The notes under the pieces are model-generated. The model had not been told where the DNA came from, made no database searches, and saw only the letters and a list, made by a program, of their open reading frames with translations. From NCBI GenBank assembly GCA_944390025.1, contig CALXOK010000004.1, positions 11,821 through 75,820 on the forward strand: 64,000 bases of DNA. The letters run 5' to 3'. The DNA comes from an uncultured Spirochaetales bacterium. GTDB taxonomy: Bacteria > Spirochaetota > Spirochaetia > Sphaerochaetales > Sphaerochaetaceae. Both the position numbers and the translations under genes were made by a program. Position 1 is the first letter of the stretch; each line of letters starts with the position of its first letter. This document shows, in pieces, positions 39,721 through 49,140 of the stretch.

Positions 39721-40194
39721 ATGGACAACAGAACCAGGATTTTAAGTTCGCTGACAGGCCTTGTACGGTCAATTGAGGGCAACGAGGATCTCATCAGCCA
39801 GGATACCGTAAGAATGATTCAGGACTCTCTTGTGACCATTGGTCAGGGGGAAGCTGACGAGAATGTCACACAGTATCTTGTCAGCGTACTTGAAAAGGAG
39901 AAACACCGCCTTGCTCCTGATTGCGCCACATGCATGAATCATTGCGGGCGCACGGACAACTGGAATCCCGACAACCTGGACTCCTGTCCAGAGGAGATGC
40001 GTGCGCTCAAGATCCATCTCATCAGCCTTTCCATCCGCCTTGCCCAGGAGAAAAAGAACATCATGCTCATAATCAGGATGATTTACGCTGTGGCTCAGGA
40101 TGCTGTGGCAAAAGGCTTTCTCAAAATGCTGGCAGAAGAGGCGGAAAGCGAGTTGTCTGCAGGTAGTAAAATGCTTTTCTGTCAACGGTTTTGA
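39721..40194 (+). CDS. Hypothetical protein with CxxCxxxC motif (resembles hybrid-cluster-protein N-terminal helical region)
   Basis: LTGLVR..EGN, PDCATCMNHCGRT. Confidence 0.55.
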   Translation: MDNRTRILSSLTGLVRSIEGNEDLISQDTVRMIQDSLVTIGQGEADENVTQYLVSVLEKEKHRLAPDCATCMNHCGRTDNWNPDNLDSCPEEMRALKIHLISLSIRLAQEKKNIMLIIRMIYAVAQDAVAKGFLKMLAEEAESELSAGSKMLFCQRF

Positions 40195-40246
40195 CTGTTT
40201 CCGAACTCGTTATGAAAAAAACTGACTTTCTGTTTTACAAAAATGC

Positions 40247-40348
40247 TTGACAGATGGCTTATTATGCCTGATAAATATTCATATCGAAGTTTTGCAATCG
40301 GTTTCAAAAATTTCTAAATCGATTTCATTGATGTTTAAATCGATTGCG
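40247..40348 (+). promoter_or_regulatory. Promoter plus three LacI-family operators at 21-bp spacing
   Basis: TTGACA at 40247; operators TGCAATCGGTTTCA (40293), CTAAATCGATTTCA (40314), TTAAATCGATTGCG (40335). Confidence 0.72.
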
Positions 40349-40358
40349 GGAGGAAAAA

Positions 40359-41312
40359 ATGTCAAGCAAGAAAACTCTGAGACAAATTCTGGAAGAGAGC
40401 AAGAAATGCTTCCTCGTTCCTTGTGTTTTTGACTGCATGTCACAGCGTGCGGTTGAGATGTGCGGCTTCCCTGTAAGCCTTCTGAGCGGCGGCGAGGTAT
40501 CAATCAGCCTCAACGGTGTCATAGACTATGGTTTCACCAACCTCACAGACCTTGAAGGTGTCGTTGCAAGGGTCAGCCAGACAAGTTCCATTCCACTTAT
40601 TGCTGATATCGAAGACGGATTCGGCGGTCCTCTGGCAGTTTACCGCTCTGCAAAGATTCTCTCACGCGCAGGTGCCGCAGCCGTCCAGCTTGAGGACTCC
40701 GCTGACATGGAGGAGTCGACAAGCATTCTTCCCAGAGAGAAATACATGGCAAAGGTCCGTGCAGCTGTCGCAGCCCTCAAGGGCACAGACTGCCTCCTCA
40801 TCGCCAGAACAAATGCCAATCCATATGACGAGAAGGAAATGGAAGAGGGCTGTGCAAGGCTCAATGAGGCAATGGAAGCCGGTGCTGATATCGCAATGAT
40901 GGTTCTCATCACAGATTATGAGCATGCCAAGATCATGGCGGAGAAGGTCAAAGGCTGGAAGATTTTCGCCGATGTCCGTGCAGACGGCGGCAAGCCGAAC
41001 GTGACTATGGATCAGCTTACAGAGCTCGGATTCAAGATGTGCTCAACACACTTCACCATGAAGGCTGCCATGGAAGGCATGCTTGAGCATGGAAAGAAGA
41101 ACTTCGAAGACCAGTCAGTCGCCTATACATTCACTCATGCTTCCGGTACTGGCCAGTGTGATTTCTCCGCATCTCCGCTGTTTGTCCCTCAGGACTATCT
41201 TGAGCTTGAGAACAGATTCACCGGTGATGATAAGGAATACACAATCGTCGGACACAAGGTTGACAAGTATCCTGAAGGATTCAAGAAAGTCGATATCGAA
41301 GACAGACTTTAA
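40359..41312 (+). CDS. ICL/PEP-mutase superfamily enzyme A (no KxCGH loop)
   Basis: PCVFDCMS, LSGG, DYGF, IADIEDGFGG, QLED, IART, EAGAD; ATG 40359 after GGGAGG. Confidence 0.82.
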   Translation: MSSKKTLRQILEESKKCFLVPCVFDCMSQRAVEMCGFPVSLLSGGEVSISLNGVIDYGFTNLTDLEGVVARVSQTSSIPLIADIEDGFGGPLAVYRSAKILSRAGAAAVQLEDSADMEESTSILPREKYMAKVRAAVAALKGTDCLLIARTNANPYDEKEMEEGCARLNEAMEAGADIAMMVLITDYEHAKIMAEKVKGWKIFADVRADGGKPNVTMDQLTELGFKMCSTHFTMKAAMEGMLEHGKKNFEDQSVAYTFTHASGTGQCDFSASPLFVPQDYLELENRFTGDDKEYTIVGHKVDKYPEGFKKVDIEDRL

Positions 41313-41326
41313 TGGGAGGTGTACAG

Positions 41327-42301
41327 ATGAATGATTCAGCACAGAGACTTAGAACCCTGATCAGTGATGACAAGGTCAGGATTGTACCTGAGCTTTATGA
41401 CTGCGCGAGCGCAAAAGCCGCTGAAATGAACGGTTTTGAGGTCATTATGGTCTCAAGCGGCGATCTTGCATGTGCTCTCACAGGAATTCCTGATCTCCAG
41501 TTGCTTTCAATCGATGACTTCTGCTATGTCACTGACAAGATCACATCAATGACAAAGATGCCTCTCATCATCGATGCGGATGACGGTTTCGGCTTCGGCC
41601 GCGGCCTCAACACCTACTATGGCTGCCGCAGAATCATGAAGGCTGGTGCTGCAGGTGTCCTTGTCACAGACACAAGTGAGCTTGGCCGTGCCGGACAGCT
41701 TCCGATTGAGGATGCCGTTCTCCGCTTCAAGGCAGCCCGCGAGGGTCTTGACGCCGATGGCATGAATGGTTTCCTGATTGCACGCTGCGACAGTGACCCG
41801 GAGAAGGACTTCGATGAGCTCATTGCAAGAATGAAGGCCTACATGGAAGCTGGAGCCGACATGATCTGCATTCTGTGGATGCACAAGGTCAAGGGCGACA
41901 AGTTCGAGCTTCTCAAGAAAATCAACGATGCATACAAGTGCCCGATGTGGTATCCGGATATCTGCGGAAGAGCCCACGATCCGAAGGAAATCACAATGCA
42001 GCAGCTTAAGGAGCTGGGGAATTACAAGCTTGTCGGTATCCATTACTCAATGCACGCCGCCATGCTCTCGATGCTTGATGTAGGACGCCATGTCATGCAG
42101 AGCCAGACAAATGACTATGTTGACGAACACTTTGATGACACAGGTTACAAGGTGTTCACGACAATGAGCATGTTCGGCCTCAACGACAGGTACTGGGTTG
42201 ACCGCGAAAACAGGTATGTAAAGAATCCTCAGGATTCAGTGGCCCAGCGCAACTACGATTATTTTGTTCGTGACGATGACTGTTACGATCCAGATAAATA
42301 A
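41327..42301 (+). CDS. ICL/PEP-mutase superfamily enzyme B (no KxCGH loop)
   Basis: PELYDCASA, GIPDLQL, IDADDGFG, IARCD, YMEAGAD; ATG 41327 after GGAGGT. Confidence 0.82.
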   Translation: MNDSAQRLRTLISDDKVRIVPELYDCASAKAAEMNGFEVIMVSSGDLACALTGIPDLQLLSIDDFCYVTDKITSMTKMPLIIDADDGFGFGRGLNTYYGCRRIMKAGAAGVLVTDTSELGRAGQLPIEDAVLRFKAAREGLDADGMNGFLIARCDSDPEKDFDELIARMKAYMEAGADMICILWMHKVKGDKFELLKKINDAYKCPMWYPDICGRAHDPKEITMQQLKELGNYKLVGIHYSMHAAMLSMLDVGRHVMQSQTNDYVDEHFDDTGYKVFTTMSMFGLNDRYWVDRENRYVKNPQDSVAQRNYDYFVRDDDCYDPDK

Positions 42302-42318
42302 AAAAACAAAAAGGGAGA

Positions 42319-43704
42319 ATGAAAATGAAAAAGAACGTTAAAGTGTTCTCAGCAGTACTCATGATTGCTCTTGCGCTTTTTGCATTCACTTCCTGTGGTT
42401 CTCAGGAGACACAGAGCAGCAGCGCAGGCACAGCTTCTTCATCAACAACAACTGCAGCTCCGACTGCAACCGCTTCAACACCGGGCGCAACAGGAACTGT
42501 CAGCAGTGATGATGTTGTCAAAATCGGTGTCCTTACAGACCGCTCCAGCGGTGGCGCCGCTACAGTCGCATGGGCAGAAGCCGGTGCAGAGCTTGCTGCA
42601 AAGGAAATCAACGAAGCCGGCGGTATCAACGGCAAGATGGTCCAGCTCGTCTACAGAGATACAGGTAACGACCCGAGTAACGTCGCACAGCGCTCCACAG
42701 AGCTTGTTGCTGAAGGCGTTGTCGCCATCCTCGGACCTAAGGGAGACGGTGAGGCTCCGACTGCAGCACAGTGGGCAGAGACAAACAAGTTCCCGATGGT
42801 CACTCCGTGTACAATGAACACACGTGTCACAGTCGAGAATGCTTCAAGATACATGTTCTCCTGCGGATTCAACGCTTGGGCAATCGGTAACATGAACGCT
42901 CTGTATGCTCAGGGGAAGGGCTACAAGACAGCTTACTTCGTCGGTCTCGACGGAGGCGCAAGTGCTGACAGCCGCGACTTCTTTGTCCGTGCAATGGGTG
43001 ATGACTTCAACCTCCTTGGATCAAGCCAGGTGTCTTCTTCCTCAACAGAGTTCAGCAACATCATCTCCTCAATCGTCGGACGTGACCCGGATGTCATCAT
43101 CAGTTCCACAAGCGGTCCTAACTTCGTTTCCTTCATCAATCAGGGAAGAATGTTCGGTCTGTGGAACATCGCTGACTACCTCGGATGGTACACAGTCGAC
43201 TCAACAAACAACTCAGCTCTTGCTGAAGCCGGAACATATCCGTATGGAAAGGTCCACGGTGTCGCTCTCTGGCCGTTCTGGATGAGTGAGATTGAAGGCA
43301 ATGACGAGATGGTTGAAAGCTACATCGAAATCGGTGCTGAAATGTACAACATGGAGACCCTTCCTTCAGACATGGGTTACACATGGTACATCGGAATCAA
43401 GGCAATCGCAGCCGCTCTTGAGTCAACAGACGACTGGTCTCCGGAAGGCGTCACAGAAGCTCTCGAGACTGTCAGATTCGATACAATCTACGGCAAGAAC
43501 CTCGGATTCAGGGATTTTGACCATGTCATGAACCACACATACTACTACGTCACAGCAGTTGAAGACGAGACAGGTGAGTGGAACATCCCAATCGGAGAGA
43601 TCCTCAACGTCTACGAGGCTGAAGATGTGCTTCCTACAAAGGAAGAGCTCGCAGCTTATGCCGAGGAGCAGGGTTTCACATTCACAGACCTCTCACAGCT
43701 CTGA
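42319..43704 (+). CDS. Liv/HAAT-family ABC substrate-binding lipoprotein
   Basis: FTSC lipobox, Ser/Thr linker, VKIGV, EINEAGGING, RDT. Confidence 0.85.
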   Translation: MKMKKNVKVFSAVLMIALALFAFTSCGSQETQSSSAGTASSSTTTAAPTATASTPGATGTVSSDDVVKIGVLTDRSSGGAATVAWAEAGAELAAKEINEAGGINGKMVQLVYRDTGNDPSNVAQRSTELVAEGVVAILGPKGDGEAPTAAQWAETNKFPMVTPCTMNTRVTVENASRYMFSCGFNAWAIGNMNALYAQGKGYKTAYFVGLDGGASADSRDFFVRAMGDDFNLLGSSQVSSSSTEFSNIISSIVGRDPDVIISSTSGPNFVSFINQGRMFGLWNIADYLGWYTVDSTNNSALAEAGTYPYGKVHGVALWPFWMSEIEGNDEMVESYIEIGAEMYNMETLPSDMGYTWYIGIKAIAAALESTDDWSPEGVTEALETVRFDTIYGKNLGFRDFDHVMNHTYYYVTAVEDETGEWNIPIGEILNVYEAEDVLPTKEELAAYAEEQGFTFTDLSQL

Positions 43705-43720
43705 TTTCTACAAGACAATG

Positions 43721-43752
43721 AAGGGGTGAGGAGTGAGCTTCTCACCCCCTCT
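43721..43752 (+). terminator. Stem-loop after the substrate-binding gene
   Basis: aaggggtgag-gagtgagctt-ctcaccccctt. Confidence 0.6.
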
Positions 43753-43772
43753 TATTAAGCAAAGGAGTTAAA

Positions 43773-44636
43773 ATGACCCTATCATTTTTCCTGCAGACAC
43801 TGGTGACTGGTCTGTCCAGCGGTATCGTGGCTTACATGATGGTTGCTGGAATGAGCCTCATCATCAGCGGAATGAATATGGTTAACTTCGGACAGGGTGC
43901 TTTCTATGTCCTTGGTACATATTTGACTTATACGATCGCTGCCAGAATCGGGTACTTCCCGGCTCTGATATTTGTCCCCGTGGTGATTGGTTTCTTCGGG
44001 TTCTTCGTCGAAAGGGCAGTCCGTCCGCTTTTCGGCAAGAACATGCTTTACATCATGCTTTTCACATACGGTGTCGCATACATCGTCTGTGATGCCATGG
44101 TTTTCTTCTGGGGCTACAGAATCAGGCTTCTGTCTCTGCCTGACATCCTCAACGGTGCGCTCCAGCTGTTCGGAATCTATTTCCCGACATACTACATTTT
44201 CATGATTGTCGTCGGTCTTCTCATTGCTTTCGCCTTCTGGTTCATGATCAACAAGACAAAGCTCGGAATGCTGATGAGGGCAATCATCTCAGACAGAGAA
44301 ATGGTCGGATGTCTTGGTGTCAACGTCAACAGACTCTTCTCCATCATGTTCATGATTGGAATGGGTATCGCCGGTCTTGGCGGTGTTCTCAACGCTCCTG
44401 TCACCGGAATGAGCCCCAAGGAAGGTCTTTCTGTTTTCGGTAACATCATGCCTATCCTTCTCATCGGAGGCATGAGAAACATGAACGGCTGTCTTCCTGC
44501 AGCTCTTCTTGTCGGTATCGTGAATGCCTTCGGAGCCATTTATTTCCCACAGTATTACAATCTTATTCCTGCGGCACTGATGGTCATTTGTATGTTCATT
44601 AAGCCAAACGGTGTATTCACACGGAAGGAGGCCTGA
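43773..44636 (+). CDS. HAAT ABC permease (LivH-like)
   Basis: GMSLI..VNFGQG, TKLG..MRAI...MVGCLGVN, KPNG. Confidence 0.88.
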   Translation: MTLSFFLQTLVTGLSSGIVAYMMVAGMSLIISGMNMVNFGQGAFYVLGTYLTYTIAARIGYFPALIFVPVVIGFFGFFVERAVRPLFGKNMLYIMLFTYGVAYIVCDAMVFFWGYRIRLLSLPDILNGALQLFGIYFPTYYIFMIVVGLLIAFAFWFMINKTKLGMLMRAIISDREMVGCLGVNVNRLFSIMFMIGMGIAGLGGVLNAPVTGMSPKEGLSVFGNIMPILLIGGMRNMNGCLPAALLVGIVNAFGAIYFPQYYNLIPAALMVICMFIKPNGVFTRKEA

Positions 44637-45644
44637 ATGAATCTCAATCTGAATAATCTCGGTATCCTCAGGACAAAGGATTTCACACAGAAGAAGCGTG
44701 ACATGATCATGGGAATCTTCACAGTCGGTGCAATCCTGATTGTATCCTTCTTCTCATCAGATCCTGTCCTTGACTTCCTGTGCAGAACTGTCATCTTCAT
44801 GCTCTTCGCCACAGCAGTCAATATTATTCTCGGTTTCGGCGGTCTGAGACCTCTCGGCCAGGCAACCTTCTTCGGTTTTGCAGCCTACGCATACGTGTTC
44901 CTTATTGTCAGGGCCGGTCTGAGTGTATACCTCGCACTTCCGCTTGCTCTGCTGTTGACAGTCCTTCTTGCAGCCTTCCTCGGTGTCCTCACACTCAGGG
45001 CGAATGATGACCTTGTGTTCGCATTCATGAACATGGGTATCAACATCCTCTTGTGGACAACCGTCCAGAAGATGCAGATTGTCGGCTCCGATACAGGTCT
45101 CACAGGTGCGACCCGTCTTCCGTTCGCGATGAGCACTAGAGCGAACTTCTACGTCTGCTTCGTCGTGTGCACCGTCTGTGTCATCCTCATCTATTACTTC
45201 TTCCATTCACCTTTTGCCACAACGCTCAAGGGAACCAGGGAGAACATCCAGAGAATGACATTCATCGGTTACAACACAAGAAACACACGTCTGACAGCCT
45301 ACATGGTTTCCGCATTCTTCTGCGGTATCGCAGGTCTCCTGTATTCAATGAGAAACATGGGAGCCTTCCCTGTGATGATTTCGTCCAACACTTCAATGGA
45401 CGGACTGATCATGTGTCTGGTCGGCGGTATGGGAAGCTTCTTCGGACCTATCCTCGGAGCATTCATCATCACATTCATCAACGTTGAGCTGCCTATTGTC
45501 ACCCAGTACTACCAGGCTGTGCTTGGTGTCATCACCTGTCTGTGCGTCCTCTTCCTGCAGGGTGGTATCATCAGGGACAAGAAGGTTCTCGACCTTGAGG
45601 AGAGAAGTGAAAAAACACCAAGGAGGGAAAAAGCAGATGTCTGA
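44637..45644 (+). CDS. HAAT ABC permease (LivM-like)
   Basis: NIILGFGG..PLGQATFFG, SPF...KGTREN, GGMGSFFGPILGA. Confidence 0.88.
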   Translation: MNLNLNNLGILRTKDFTQKKRDMIMGIFTVGAILIVSFFSSDPVLDFLCRTVIFMLFATAVNIILGFGGLRPLGQATFFGFAAYAYVFLIVRAGLSVYLALPLALLLTVLLAAFLGVLTLRANDDLVFAFMNMGINILLWTTVQKMQIVGSDTGLTGATRLPFAMSTRANFYVCFVVCTVCVILIYYFFHSPFATTLKGTRENIQRMTFIGYNTRNTRLTAYMVSAFFCGIAGLLYSMRNMGAFPVMISSNTSMDGLIMCLVGGMGSFFGPILGAFIITFINVELPIVTQYYQAVLGVITCLCVLFLQGGIIRDKKVLDLEERSEKTPRREKADV

Positions 45645-46392
45645 CAACATTATTCTGAAAGCTGAAGGCCTCAACAGGTACTTCGGTGCCCTTCATGCCA
45701 CAAAGGATGTCTCTTTTGAAGTGCCTGACGGGCAGATGAGAGCGTTCATCGGACCAAACGGTGCAGGAAAGTCCACACTCATGGACCTGATCTGCAACAG
45801 GACAACCCCCAACTCTGGAAAGGTCACCTTCCTCGGTGAGGACATCACAGGGCTCGCTCCTGACAAGATTGTCAAGAAGGGTATGTGCAAGTGCTTCCAG
45901 ATCACTCAGATTTTCAGGGATCTGACAGTCTATGAGAATGTCCAGATCTCCAGAATCAACATGAACAAGAAGGCTTACAGCTTCCTTCCTGTCAAGCAGT
46001 CCTACCTCAGGGATGAAGTCGAGCAGATTCTTGAGATGGTCGGTATCCTGGACAAGATGAACACAGTCTCCGGTTACATGTCATACGGTGACCAGAGAAG
46101 ACTTGATATCGCAATCGCGCTGGCAATGGAGCCAAGGCTTCTCATCCTCGATGAGCCGGCTGCAGGTGTCGCCCGTGAAGAGGCATACACTCTCATGGAC
46201 CTCATCAGACAGCTCGCACAGAAGCGTCACATGACGATGCTTTTCATCGAGCATGATATGGAAATCGTCTTCAACTATGCAGACGAAATCTCCGTCATGA
46301 GTGAAGGTGCCCTCATTGCAACCGGCACACCGGATGAAATCAAGAACAATGAGTTCGTGAAGAAAGCTTATCTTGGAGGAATGGCAGAATGA
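45637..46392 (+). CDS. HAAT ABC ATPase (LivG-like)
   Basis: GPNGAGKST, MSYGDQRRLDIA, LDEPAAG, IEHDM, AYLG; ATG 45637 after AGGAGG. Confidence 0.9.
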   Translation: MSDNIILKAEGLNRYFGALHATKDVSFEVPDGQMRAFIGPNGAGKSTLMDLICNRTTPNSGKVTFLGEDITGLAPDKIVKKGMCKCFQITQIFRDLTVYENVQISRINMNKKAYSFLPVKQSYLRDEVEQILEMVGILDKMNTVSGYMSYGDQRRLDIAIALAMEPRLLILDEPAAGVAREEAYTLMDLIRQLAQKRHMTMLFIEHDMEIVFNYADEISVMSEGALIATGTPDEIKNNEFVKKAYLGGMAE

Positions 46393-47108
46393 AAACTATC
46401 CTGGAACTTAAGAATGTCAACTCATACTACGGGAAGAGCCATATCCTCTTTGACCTCTCCCTAGAAGTGAAGGAAGGTCAGTCAGTCTGTCTTCTCGGAC
46501 GTAACGGTGTCGGAAAGTCAACCACAATGAAGACAATCATGGGTCTGCTTAACCCGAAAGTGCATGACAAGACCGAGGGTGAAATCCTTCTCAACGGAAA
46601 CAACATTGTAGGTCTGACCAATTTCAAGATTGCGAACCTTGGAATTGCATATGTCCCTCAGGGAAGACATATCTTCCCGAACCTTACGACCAAAGAAAAT
46701 CTCCTTATTGCAAAGAAAACAGGTCTTAATGGTCGTAATGACTGGGATATTGACAGGATCTACCAGCTCTTCCCCCGTCTCAAGGAAAGAGAGACGAGCA
46801 AGGGCAACAAGCTCTCAGGAGGTGAGCAGCAGATGCTTGCAGTCGCACGCGGTCTGATGCAGAATCCTGATCTGCTTCTCCTTGACGAAATCACGGAAGG
46901 TCTTGCCCCGATTATCGTCAGCCAGCTGGCTGATATCGTCAAGGAACTCATAAAGCAAGGAGTTACTATCCTATTGGCAGAGCAGAGCGTGAAATTCGCT
47001 CTCTCCGTATCCGAGGATTGCTACATTCTTGAAAAAGGTTCTGTAGTACATCATTCTCCCACCTCTGATCTCACGGATGATGTAATCGAAAAGTATCTTG
47101 GTGCATGA
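46389..47108 (+). CDS. HAAT ABC ATPase (LivF-like)
   Basis: GRNGVGKST, LFPRLKER, LSGGEQQMLAVAR. Confidence 0.9.
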   Translation: MKTILELKNVNSYYGKSHILFDLSLEVKEGQSVCLLGRNGVGKSTTMKTIMGLLNPKVHDKTEGEILLNGNNIVGLTNFKIANLGIAYVPQGRHIFPNLTTKENLLIAKKTGLNGRNDWDIDRIYQLFPRLKERETSKGNKLSGGEQQMLAVARGLMQNPDLLLLDEITEGLAPIIVSQLADIVKELIKQGVTILLAEQSVKFALSVSEDCYILEKGSVVHHSPTSDLTDDVIEKYLGA

Positions 47109-47131
47109 TAGGGTGTCATGTAGACTCTTCT

Positions 47132-47176
47132 GGTGGATGGATGGAAAGTTTCTTTTCGTCCATTCACCCTTGATTT
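47132..47176 (+). terminator. Stem-loop/terminator after livF-like gene
   Basis: ggtggatggatg...cgtccattcacc followed by T-rich sequence; TGgtTATAAT at about 47209-47218 suggests a new promoter for panE. Confidence 0.55.
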
Positions 47177-47256
47177 TGAAATCTCACCGCTGCTCGTATT
47201 GCAGTATATGGTTATAATATAAAAGGTTCTTCAGCTGACTTTAAAAGGAGGTCCTT

Positions 47257-48174
47257 ATGAAGATTATCGTAATCGGCGCTGGCGCCATGGGAAGCATCTA
47301 CGGCGGCAGACTCAGCAGCAGGAACGATGTCACGCTTATTGACATGAACGACACTCTCATTGAGCACGTGAAGTCGAATGGAGTCGTTCTTGAGGAAAAC
47401 GGAGAGAGATACACCTTCCTTCCGAAAATAGCAAAGCATGTCGATGGCATGGGCCAGGCTGACCTCATTATCCTCTTCACAAAGGCCATGTATTCCGAAA
47501 GCGCTCTTGAGAACGTGAAGGGAGCAATCGGCAAGGGTACATATCTGATGACACTCCAGAACGGAGCAGGGCACGAGCGCCTTCTGTCCCGTTTTGTCGA
47601 CAAGGAGCATGTCATCATCGGAACGACAGAGGACAATGGTGCCGTGATATCCCTGGGAGTGATTCATCATGGTGGAAAGGGTGTGACAAACATCGGTCTG
47701 CTCAATGGATGCCATGAGAAGATTCTTGATGATATCAAGGAATCCTTTGACAGCTGTGGCTTCGATGTCCGCATTCATGAGAATATCCAGCAGCTGATCT
47801 GGGACAAGCTTATGACGAATGTCTCCCTTTCTGTACTCACCGCAATCCTTCAGTGCGACATGTCTTACATCAGCCGCAATGAGAGCGCTCTGGCAATCTG
47901 CAAGAAGCTGATTGAGGAGACAGTCGCTGTCGCCACTGCGATGGGCCTTTCTTTTGACAAGGACAAGGTGACGGAGAAGGTCATCGCAACAAGTGCATCA
48001 AACAAAGGCGGATTCACATCAATCATGATGGATATAAAGAACGGCAGAAAGACCGAAGTGGACACAATCAGCGGTGCTGTTGTCGCGAAAGCTCATGAGC
48101 TTGGAGTCAGCGTCCCGCATCATGAGATGGCAGTAAGCCTTATCCACGCCCTTGAAGGACGTGACAGACAGTAA
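47257..48174 (+). CDS. Ketopantoate reductase family (PanE/ApbA) 2-oxoacid reductase
   Basis: IGAGAMG, FTKA, TLQNG.G, IWDKLMTN, TSIMMDI..GRKTEVD. Confidence 0.9.
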   Translation: MKIIVIGAGAMGSIYGGRLSSRNDVTLIDMNDTLIEHVKSNGVVLEENGERYTFLPKIAKHVDGMGQADLIILFTKAMYSESALENVKGAIGKGTYLMTLQNGAGHERLLSRFVDKEHVIIGTTEDNGAVISLGVIHHGGKGVTNIGLLNGCHEKILDDIKESFDSCGFDVRIHENIQQLIWDKLMTNVSLSVLTAILQCDMSYISRNESALAICKKLIEETVAVATAMGLSFDKDKVTEKVIATSASNKGGFTSIMMDIKNGRKTEVDTISGAVVAKAHELGVSVPHHEMAVSLIHALEGRDRQ

Positions 48175-48188
48175 TAGGGAGGAGAACT

Positions 48189-48641
48189 ATGTTCAGTACA
48201 AAAAACGGACTTGAATACAAGTATGACCTGACACAGAAAAAGTTCCAGACAGCTTTTGAGTTTCTGAAGAGAACGGATCTTGCCCAGCTTGAAGAAGGCT
48301 GGATCGAGCTTGAAGGCGGTGTCAGGGCTTCTGTGCAGCATTACAGCACGATTGAAAGAAATGAAGGCTCTTTTGAGACACATGAGAAGTACTTCGATGT
48401 CCAGTATGTTGTAGAAGGACAGGAGTACTGCGGTGTATGTTCAAGGGAAGGCCTTGTCGTGAAGACCCCTTACAGTGAGAGCGGGGATATCACATTCTAT
48501 GAGGATCCTGAACTTTCCGGAGAGGTGCTTCTCAATGCCGGAGACTATATTGTCCTTGCTCCGGAAGATGCACATAAGCCGCGTCTTGTTGCCGGAAAGA
48601 AGATGCCGGTAAAGAAGATTGTCATCAAGGTCCCGGTGTGA
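48189..48641 (+). CDS. YhcH/YjgK/YiaL family protein
   Basis: FETHEKYFDVQY...GQE, PEDAHKP, KKIVIKV. Confidence 0.9.
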   Translation: MFSTKNGLEYKYDLTQKKFQTAFEFLKRTDLAQLEEGWIELEGGVRASVQHYSTIERNEGSFETHEKYFDVQYVVEGQEYCGVCSREGLVVKTPYSESGDITFYEDPELSGEVLLNAGDYIVLAPEDAHKPRLVAGKKMPVKKIVIKVPV

Positions 48642-48654
48642 GAGGAGGAATATA

Positions 48655-49005
48655 ATGGTAAGAAAGTCAGAAGAGAAAAACGTAGAGCGCATTGAGCACA
48701 AATTCGGCGCTGATGGTTTCATCACAGTCAGAAACCTGATCAACAGTGATGAGGAGCTTAACGGAAAGGGCAGGTGCTTTGCCCATACGACTGTCGCTCC
48801 TGGTTCCGGAATCGGCTACCATGTCCACAACGGGGATACCGAGATTTACTATGTTGTCTCTGGAAGCGCAGAGTACAATGACAATGGCACCATCACTACA
48901 ATCAGTGCCGGTGATGTCACATTCACACCAAGCGGCACAGGCCATGGAATCAACAACAAGGGCACAGAACCTCTTGAGATCATCGCCCTGATTATCTATT
49001 CCTGA
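48655..49005 (+). CDS. Small cupin-domain protein
   Basis: PGSGIGYHVH...EIYYVVSG, GDV...GHGINN; ATG 48655 after GAGGAGG. Confidence 0.88.
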   Translation: MVRKSEEKNVERIEHKFGADGFITVRNLINSDEELNGKGRCFAHTTVAPGSGIGYHVHNGDTEIYYVVSGSAEYNDNGTITTISAGDVTFTPSGTGHGINNKGTEPLEIIALIIYS

Positions 49006-49026
49006 AAAAGCTTTTGCTTACTAAAT

Positions 49027-49061
49027 GAAGCTCCTGTTCTTGTTCGGTTCAGGAGCTTTTT
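49027..49061 (+). terminator. Intrinsic terminator after the cupin gene
   Basis: gaagctcctg-...-caggagcttttt. Confidence 0.8.
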
Positions 49062-49140
49062 CATATAAAGGCTTTACGATTGGACAATAATTGGTATCAT
49101 CTGTAAATAGAAACACAAAATTTGGCAATACGGTTGGAGT

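Noticed and set aside
45484-45636. ORF-track upstream starts (also 8779, 26531, 40344, 48619, 52825, 54711)
   Set aside because: They overlap upstream genes or terminators; downstream ATGs with an RBS or -10 box fit family N-termini better
47257-48174. panE as part of pantothenate biosynthesis with the ICL-fold genes as panB
   Set aside because: The ICL-fold proteins lack PanB signatures (LVGDS, HIGLTPQ) and no panC is present
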